64,000 bases of DNA from Devosia sp. (GTDB lineage: Bacteria > Pseudomonadota > Alphaproteobacteria > Rhizobiales > Devosiaceae), in NCBI RefSeq assembly GCF_014860165.1, contig NZ_JACZKG010000062.1:46507-110506 (forward strand), written 5' to 3'. Position numbers and translations under genes: made by a program. Every line of letters begins with the position of its first letter. Position 1 is the stretch's first letter. The notes below the pieces were generated by a model, which saw only the letters and a program-made list of their open reading frames with translations, ran no database searches and was not told where the DNA came from. Of this stretch, positions 56,948 to 64,000 are shown one piece after another.

Positions 56948-59494
56948 TCAGACGGAAGCCCCGTCAGCCGCCTTGGGCGCTGCCGCATCCTCGTCAGTCT
57001 TCGCCTTGAGGCCGAAATTGATGAGGATGGGGCCGTTGATGATGATCGAGGAATACATGCCCACGAGGGAGCCGAAGGTCATGGCAATGGTGAAGCTGCG
57101 GATGACCTCGCCACCGAATATCACCAGCGGAATCAGCGCCAGGAACACGGTGAACTGGGTCAGCGAGGTGCGCACGATGGTCTGGTTGATCGACAGGTCG
57201 ATCAGCTCGGGCAGCGGCATCTTGCGATGCTTGCGCAGGTTCTCGCGCACGCGGTCCGACACCACCACCGTTTCGTTCAAACTGAGGCCCACCAACGTCA
57301 GCACCGCTGCGATGGAGGTCAGGTTGAACTCCAGCCCGGTTATCGAGAACAGGCCGATGGTCATGATGATATCATGCGAGGTCGTGACGATCGCCGCGAG
57401 GGCGAACTGCCATTCGAAGCGGAACCAGATGTAGATCAGGATGGCGACGAGTGCGACGATGACGGCGATCGTGCCCTTCCAGGCGAGTTCGCCCGAGACC
57501 GTGCCGCTCACCGCTTCGGTGCTGCGGACAGTGTAGTTCTCGGTGGCGAGCGCGTCGCGGACCTTGGTGACGGCAACCTGGTCGGCGTCCTGGCCGCCCT
57601 CCTGCGCCTGGACGCGCACCAGCACATCCTCGGGCGTGCCGAAGCCCTGCACCTGCACTTCGCCCAGCTCGAGCCCGTCCAGCAGTTCGCGGACCTGGCC
57701 AACATCGGCGGGGCCGCCCTCGTGCTGGATGACGATGGCCGTGCCACCGACGAAGTCGATGCCCAGGTTGAAGCCCTTGAAATAGGCCGAACCGATGGAG
57801 AGGAGGCTGGCCACGATCGAGAAGGCGATGACGTAGCGGCTGATCTTCATGAACGGGATGCGGGTGCCATCCGGAATGAAGCGGAAATGCTGGATCTTGA
57901 GCGTCTTGGGCCGGACGCGGCGGAACCAGGCATGAACCTGGTAGGAGGTGACGGTGTAGGAGGTGAAGAGCGAGGTCAGGATGCCGAGCGCCAGGGTCAC
58001 CGCAAAGCCCTGCACCGGGCCGGAGCCCAGGAAATAGAGCACGATGGCGGCGATGAGCTGGGTCAGGTGCGAGTCGACGATGGTGCCCCAGGCGCGTTCG
58101 AAGCCGGCCTGGATGGCCTGGATCGGAGACTTGCCGGCGCGCTGCTCTTCGCGCATGCGCTCATAGATCAGCACGTTGGCGTCCACGGCCATGCCGATGG
58201 TGAGGACGATGCCGGCGATGCCGGGCAGCGTCAGCGTTGCGCCAAGCATGGAGAGCGCGCCGAAGATCAGGATGATGTTGAGCACCAGCGAGATATTGGC
58301 GAACACGCCCCACAGGCCATAGGCCGCGACCATGAAGGCCACGACCAGCACGGCGGCGATGATGCCGGCGGTGAGGCCATTGCGGATCGAGTCGGCGCCA
58401 AGACTGGCGTCCACCGTGCGCTCCTCGACGACGTCCAGCGAAGCCGGCAGCGCGCCGGCGCGCAACAGCACCGCCAGGTCATTGGCGGTCGACGTGGTGA
58501 AGCTGCCGCTGATCTGGCCCGAGCCGCCGGTGATCGGCTGCTGGATGACCGGCGCGGTGATAACGGTGTTGTCGAGCACGATGGCAAAGCGCTGGCCCAC
58601 ATTGGCGCCGGTAATCTGGCCAAAGGTGATGGCGCCGCGCGTGTCGAACTTGAAGCTGACCACAGGCATGGCACGCTGCTGGTCATAGCTGGGCTGCGCA
58701 TCGACCAGCGACTCGCCGCCAAGCGCAACGTCTTCATAGAGCAACTCAGCGCCGCCATCCTGGCTGGGCAGGATCATGGTGCCGGCCGGCAGGCCCTGGG
58801 CCTCGGCCTGGGCAGCGGTCATGCCGGGATAGACCATGTGGAAGGTGAGGCGCGCGGTGCGCGAAATGATGTCTTTCAGCCGCTGGCTGTCGCCAAAGCC
58901 CGGCACCTGCACCAGCACGCGACTGGTGCCCTGACGCTGGATCGAAGGCTCGGTCGTGCCCAGCTCGTCGACGCGCTTGCGGATGACTTCGATGGACTGC
59001 GCCACCAGCGCCGACATGCGCTGCTCGACGCCTTCGGGGGTCAAGGTCACCGTCAGCTTGCCGTCGGTGGTCTCGCCGAAGGCCAGCTCGTTGACGCCAC
59101 CCACCGCGATCAGCGAATTGCTGATGGTGTTCTGCAGGGCTGCGATGGCGGCACGCGCGGCTTCCAGCTGCGTCGGGTCGGTCAGCTCCACCGTCAGCGA
59201 CTTGGTCGCCTCGTCCGTGGTGATCAGGTTGCCGATGCCATTGTCGTTGGCCAGCGTGTTGCGCACGTCGCGGCGCAGCGACTGCAGCCGCTCAGCGACA
59301 ATGCCGTCCTCGTTGACCTGCAGCAGCAGGTGCGAGCCGCCCTGCAGGTCGAGACCCAGAACCACCGTCTGCCTGGGCAGGAAGCCCGGCCAGGCGTCGC
59401 GCACGTCCTGCGGCAGGAAGCTGGGGATCGTGAACAGAATGCCCAGCAGGGCAACGAAGGCGATGATGGCGGTACGGATCGGCGAAGACTGCAT
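56948..59494 (-). CDS. secDF: Protein translocase subunit SecDF (fused)
   Basis: 848 aa. The SecD part has LGLDLQGGSHLLLQV and LTLPGIAGIVLTIGMAVDANVLIYERMREE. The SecF part has LGIDFVGGT and SLNETVVVSDRVRENL. Confidence 0.95.
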   Translation of the reverse strand: MQSSPIRTAIIAFVALLGILFTIPSFLPQDVRDAWPGFLPRQTVVLGLDLQGGSHLLLQVNEDGIVAERLQSLRRDVRNTLANDNGIGNLITTDEATKSLTVELTDPTQLEAARAAIAALQNTISNSLIAVGGVNELAFGETTDGKLTVTLTPEGVEQRMSALVAQSIEVIRKRVDELGTTEPSIQRQGTSRVLVQVPGFGDSQRLKDIISRTARLTFHMVYPGMTAAQAEAQGLPAGTMILPSQDGGAELLYEDVALGGESLVDAQPSYDQQRAMPVVSFKFDTRGAITFGQITGANVGQRFAIVLDNTVITAPVIQQPITGGSGQISGSFTTSTANDLAVLLRAGALPASLDVVEERTVDASLGADSIRNGLTAGIIAAVLVVAFMVAAYGLWGVFANISLVLNIILIFGALSMLGATLTLPGIAGIVLTIGMAVDANVLIYERMREEQRAGKSPIQAIQAGFERAWGTIVDSHLTQLIAAIVLYFLGSGPVQGFAVTLALGILTSLFTSYTVTSYQVHAWFRRVRPKTLKIQHFRFIPDGTRIPFMKISRYVIAFSIVASLLSIGSAYFKGFNLGIDFVGGTAIVIQHEGGPADVGQVRELLDGLELGEVQVQGFGTPEDVLVRVQAQEGGQDADQVAVTKVRDALATENYTVRSTEAVSGTVSGELAWKGTIAVIVALVAILIYIWFRFEWQFALAAIVTTSHDIIMTIGLFSITGLEFNLTSIAAVLTLVGLSLNETVVVSDRVRENLRKHRKMPLPELIDLSINQTIVRTSLTQFTVFLALIPLVIFGGEVIRSFTIAMTFGSLVGMYSSIIINGPILINFGLKAKTDEDAAAPKAADGASV

Positions 59495-59557
59495 GAAAGT
59501 CGTCCTGAAAGCAGAAAACCGGAGCCCGTGGGCTCCGGTGTCGGTCGGGCTATGCCC

Positions 59558-59908
59558 TTAGGCTGGCTTGTTGTCGTTGACCGGTTCGCCCTTGGAGCGG
59601 ACGTCGGCAACCATGCCGCGCACCAGCTTCACCTTGACGCCGGTCGCGATCTCGACCTCGAGGTCTTCGCCGTCGACGGCCTTGGTCACCTTGCCGACGA
59701 TGCCGCCGGTGGTCACCACGGTGTCACCGCGCTTGATGGCCGAGAGCATGGCCTGCTGAGCCTTGAGGCGCTTCTGCTGCGGGCGGAAGATCAGGAACCA
59801 GAAGATCACCACCAGCAGCAGGATCGGCATCAGCTGGATCAGGATATCGTTGATACCACCAGCGGGCGCGGCACCGGCTGCCTGGGCGTAGGCGGGCGTT
59901 ACAAACAT
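59558..59908 (-). CDS. yajC: Preprotein translocase subunit YajC
   Basis: LLVVIFWFLIFRPQQKRLKAQQAMLSAIKRGDTVVTTGGIVGKV. Confidence 0.9.
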   Translation of the reverse strand: MFVTPAYAQAAGAAPAGGINDILIQLMPILLLVVIFWFLIFRPQQKRLKAQQAMLSAIKRGDTVVTTGGIVGKVTKAVDGEDLEVEIATGVKVKLVRGMVADVRSKGEPVNDNKPA

Positions 59909-60115
59909 GAGGCGAGGCTCCTATCGTTTCTTCTTGGCTTGTGGAGGGGCGGCGCCAGGGACCAGCATCAACGTTGCGACGCTACTGGACGCATATGGGG
60001 CTCGTTGCACTTGCACCCCGGTCAAAATCGCGCGGACTATACATTTGCACCCCAGCGATTGCAAAGCCATTCCGGGGGTCGCAAATTGCCGCGCCAAGCC
60101 CGGGAAACGCTCGCT

Positions 60116-60994
60116 TTGAAGACCAAAGACCACCTCGCCCAGATCGCCGCGACCCTCGGCGAAATTGCCATCTCGCTCAAGGCCTTGGCGCCGTCGGCTG
60201 AGTTATCGATTCCGGTGCTGGGGGAAGCCGACGCCTACCATTGGGATGGCGATGCCGCGGTTTTGACCGCAGTGCCGAGGGTCAGCCGCGTGCCACTGGG
60301 CATGCTCAAGGGCATCGACGCCGTGCAGGACATCCTGCTGCGCAATACCGAGCAGTTTGCCCGGGGGCATGGCGCCAACAATGCGCTGCTCTGGGGCGCG
60401 CGCGGCATGGGCAAGAGTTCGCTGGTCAAGGCCATCCATGGCGACATCGTCGAGCGGCGCGCCGAGGGCTTCCAGCGACTGGTGCTGATCGAGATCGCCC
60501 GAGAGGATCTCGACACCCTCCCTGCCCTGATGCGCCGCATCGGCAACGAGGATGCGCGCTTCATCATCTTCTGCGACGACCTGAGCTTCGACACTGGCGA
60601 GACTAGCTATAAGTCGCTCAAGACCATCCTTGATGGCGGCCTCGAGGGGCGTCCGGAGAATGTGCTGTTCTATGCCACCTCCAACCGCCGCCACCTGATG
60701 CCGCGGGACATGATCGAGAACGAGCGCTCGACGGCGATCAATCCGGGCGAAGCGGTTGAGGAGAAGGTATCGCTGTCAGACCGTTTCGGGCTGTGGCTGG
60801 GCTTTCACAATTGCGACCAGCCGACCTTCCTCGCCATGGTGCGCGCCTATGCCGACCACTATGGCCTCGATATCGACGACGAGACCCTCAGGGCGCGGGC
60901 CATCGAGTGGTCAGCGACGCGGGGCGCACGGTCCGGACGCGTCGCGATCCAGCTCGTGCGCACGCTGGCGGGCGAATTGGGCAAGGCGATCTAG
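60116..60994 (+). CDS. AAA-type ATP-binding protein, DUF815 family
   Basis: NNALLWGARGMGKSSLVKA (Walker A) and IIFCDDLSF (Walker B). These are the last 293 codons of a 1384-codon open frame whose upstream part is antisense to secDF. The TTG start at 60116 is proposed and uncertain. Confidence 0.8.
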   Translation: MKTKDHLAQIAATLGEIAISLKALAPSAELSIPVLGEADAYHWDGDAAVLTAVPRVSRVPLGMLKGIDAVQDILLRNTEQFARGHGANNALLWGARGMGKSSLVKAIHGDIVERRAEGFQRLVLIEIAREDLDTLPALMRRIGNEDARFIIFCDDLSFDTGETSYKSLKTILDGGLEGRPENVLFYATSNRRHLMPRDMIENERSTAINPGEAVEEKVSLSDRFGLWLGFHNCDQPTFLAMVRAYADHYGLDIDDETLRARAIEWSATRGARSGRVAIQLVRTLAGELGKAI

Positions 60995-61000
60995 GGCACA

Positions 61001-61035
61001 AACAAAAACCCCCGCTTTCGCGGGGGCTTCTGCTT
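61001..61035 (-). terminator. Rho-independent terminator (bidirectional geometry) between the DUF815 gene and the M23 peptidase gene
   Basis: CCCCCGC-tttc-GCGGGGG. On the minus strand it is followed by TTTTTGTTTG, and on the plus strand by CTTCTGCTT. Confidence 0.65.
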
Positions 61036-61048
61036 AGTTTGCCTGGGA

Positions 61049-62326
61049 TCAACCCGCCAGTAGCGGCACCGGATCGACCGGGGTGGCGCCCTTGCGGAGT
61101 TCGAAATGCAGTTGCGGCTTGGTCACCGAGCCGGTCATGCCGGAGGCGCCGATGGTGTCCCCGCGGCCAACGACCGCGCCCTTGGCGACGCTCATCGACT
61201 GCAGGTGGGCATAGGCCGAAACGTAGCCATTGGGATGGCGGATCAGGATCAGGTTGCCGTAGCCTTCGACGCCGGAGCCCACATAGATCACCGTGCCGTT
61301 CTCGGCCGCCTTGACGGCGGAGCCTTCGGGAACCTCGATATTGATGCCGGTGCCCTTGGACGAGGCGAAGTCGACCATCACGCGACCGCTGACGGGCCAG
61401 CGGAACTTGTCGCTGCCCGACATGGCTGGCTCGGCTGCCGGAACGCTGGCGACCTGGACAGGCGCTGCCTGGGCCGGGGCAGCCTGCGGAGTGGCCGTGG
61501 GAAGCGGCGTTGCTGCCGGAGCTGCCGCCTGGAGGGCATTGGGCGCTGCCTGCGGCAGGGTCTGCTGGGCAGCAGCTGGCGCAGCCATCGGCGTGGCGCT
61601 GGCCACCTGGGTGGTGGGCGCCTTGGTGGCCAGCAGGTCAGCACGACCGGGAATGATCACCTTCTGCCCAACCACGATCTTGTCGGGCGAGGAGAGGTTG
61701 TTCGCCTGGACGATGGCCTGGGTGGTCACCTCGTAGCGGCGGGCGATGGTGTAGAGCGACTCGCCGCTGGCAATGGTGTGGGTGAAGGCGTTGGTTGTCG
61801 CCCCGCCCGGCAGGGTCGGCACGGCTGGGGCAGCCGCGGCAAGCGCGGGCACCGAATTGTTGGTCGGCAGGCTGCCAAGGGCGGCAGGAGACGGCATCGG
61901 GGCGGCCGATGCGAGAGCGGGCTGTGCTTGCATGGTGGGGAGGGATCCCTGAGAAGACGAATTACTCAGTACAGGAAGGTCTTGGGACTGGACGGAAGGC
62001 ATGGCGCTGGCCGTTGCCATAGGCTGGGCCGGCTGGTTCCAGGCGGGCTGGACGGCAGTGGGAGTCGGGTTGTTCCAGCCGCCACCGACATTGGCGGGCG
62101 GCAGGAAGCGGGTATCGGCCGTCATGTTCTGGGGAGCACCAAGGCTCGCCGGCATGGGCTGGCTATAGCTTGCGGGGGAACTCTGCGGCAGGGAACTGGT
62201 CGTCGTGGGGTCGCCGAAGGTCCGGCTACCGAGACTGGAACAGCCCGATAGTGCGACGGCGGCGGTCACCAGACCAACCATAGCCACGGCACCTTTGGGC
62301 GCCCGACGGGATACGCGGATACTCAT
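61049..62326 (-). CDS. LysM domain-containing M23 family metallopeptidase lipoprotein (NlpD-like)
   Basis: Lipobox VALSGCSS and a Pro/Ala/Gln-rich linker. The LysM domain reads HTIASGESLYTIARRYEVTTQAIVQANNL. The M23 motifs are GINI...YGNLILIRH and SGMTGSVTKPQLHFELR. Confidence 0.85.
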   Translation of the reverse strand: MSIRVSRRAPKGAVAMVGLVTAAVALSGCSSLGSRTFGDPTTTSSLPQSSPASYSQPMPASLGAPQNMTADTRFLPPANVGGGWNNPTPTAVQPAWNQPAQPMATASAMPSVQSQDLPVLSNSSSQGSLPTMQAQPALASAAPMPSPAALGSLPTNNSVPALAAAAPAVPTLPGGATTNAFTHTIASGESLYTIARRYEVTTQAIVQANNLSSPDKIVVGQKVIIPGRADLLATKAPTTQVASATPMAAPAAAQQTLPQAAPNALQAAAPAATPLPTATPQAAPAQAAPVQVASVPAAEPAMSGSDKFRWPVSGRVMVDFASSKGTGINIEVPEGSAVKAAENGTVIYVGSGVEGYGNLILIRHPNGYVSAYAHLQSMSVAKGAVVGRGDTIGASGMTGSVTKPQLHFELRKGATPVDPVPLLAG

Positions 62327-62472
62327 CAGCTTACTCGTACGCAGGTACTCAACACGAGTTTGAGACTAGGCCGGTAAGGTAAAGACGAGTTTAAGGCCGA
62401 TGCGATTTGAGCGAATTCGTGACGGCGGGATTCTGGATTGGGTAAGGTTAAGAGCCGGGTCGACGCCAGCCC

Positions 62473-63239
62473 CTAAAGAGCCATCGTTCCCTTGAGCTTC
62501 TCGACCATGCTCACATCCGTCTGCTGCAGCAGCATGGGCGTGACCGTGACATAGCCATCGCGCCGCATCACCTCGAAATCGGCGGCGCGATCGAGCGGCA
62601 TCGGGGTTTCGGGAATGGCGATGAAGAACTTGCCGTCATTGTCGCTGGGGTAATAGCGGAACGGCGAGCGCGAGAAGCGCTGATGCGGCACCACGGCGAT
62701 GCCCTTGGTGGTGTCGGGGTCGCAAAAGGGGAAGTTGACGTTGAAATAGGTCCCGGGCCCCTGAGCCCCGGCAATCACCGCGCCCGCCACGGCGGCGCCG
62801 TGACGGATGGAATTGGACCAATCCACCTCGCGGCCGTGCTCGTAATTGATGCCCTGGCTCATCGCGATGCCGATGGCACCCTGCAGGGCCCCTTCCCTGG
62901 CGCCGGCGGCGGTGCCCGAGCAGTTGATGATATCGCCCAGATTCTGGCCGGCATTGACGCCCGACAGCACCACGTCGGCCGGCCTGTCGCCCAGCAGGTG
63001 CGTCATGCCCGCCACGACGCAGTCGGCGGGCGAGCCTCCGATGACGGCGAAGGTGCGCGCGTCGCGGCGGTCGAAGTGCAGTTCGCGCCCCAGGGTGAAG
63101 CGATGCCCTGCCCCCGACTGGTTGCCGTCGGGCGCGACAATCCAGACGTCATCGCTCAGCGTATGGGCGATGTCGGCCATGATGGCGATGCCGGGCGCAT
63201 CCACACCATCGTCATTGGTGATGAGGATGCGCAGGCTCA

Positions 63240-63240
<1 letters not shown>
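62473..63240 (-). CDS. surE: 5'/3'-nucleotidase SurE
   Basis: MSLRILITNDDGVDAPGI and SGVNAGQNLGDIINCSGTAAGAREG. The ATG overlaps the serS stop by 1 nt. Confidence 0.95.

Positions 63241-64000
<760 letters not shown>

Noticed and set aside
56840-60994. 1384-aa plus-strand ORF, the longest in the window
   Set aside because: Most of it is antisense to the well-supported secDF and yajC genes, and its product there is Gly/Arg/Asp/His-rich and low-complexity. This is typical of stop-free shadow frames in high-G+C DNA. Only the last ~293 codons (the DUF815 ATPase) look real.

Overview
High-G+C chromosomal segment with an alphaproteobacterial look. The order Hyphomicrobiales/Rhizobiales is an inference from three things: the sdhE-mfd/recG and yajC-secDF-DUF498-phytoene-synthase-like neighbourhoods, GTTC-N7-GTTC LexA-type boxes, and GTCA..TCC palindromic intergenic repeats. 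I call about 60 protein-coding genes and 2 tRNAs (Ser-UGA, Lys-UUU). Most of the window is ordinary housekeeping DNA:
- a LivJHMGF-type ABC operon and pxpBCA (5-oxoprolinase)
- qor, a TerC-family gene, a YeeE/YedE pair and a UbiH-family monooxygenase
- an IalB-like gene, sdhE-mfd, recG and glmU-glmS
- queA-tgt-pgi-map, two cyclophilins, coaD and gyrA
- ssb, uvrA, trmFO, yajC-secDF, and an nlpD-like gene with surE and serS (serS partial)

Accessory-looking DNA is limited to small pockets:
- a low-G+C orphan membrane ORF (6.1-6.6 kb)
- a ~1 kb pocket of three small ORFs, including a GIY-YIG nuclease, 3' of tRNA-Ser (9.0-10.1 kb)
- two tandem paralogous secreted Cys-pair proteins (31.9-32.7 kb)
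- a regulator/transporter/envelope stretch (38.2-47.4 kb)
- a ~0.9 kb gene-poor, hairpin-rich region after uvrA holding two sub-60-aa DUF1127-type genes that are missing from the ORF track

Other sequence-level observations:
- two perfect alpha-type LexA boxes bracket a LysE gene lying between ssb and uvrA
- several families of nested-palindrome (MITE/REP-like) intergenic elements recur
- operator-like palindromes sit next to the ArsR-like and HxlR regulators

I did not find a CRISPR array, IS element, integrase, prophage, rRNA or recognisable defence operon. I cannot support a clear novel multi-gene system. The tRNA-Ser pocket and the DUF1127/non-coding locus are the best candidates for follow-up. 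All family assignments come from reading the translated ORFs by eye; no searches were run.
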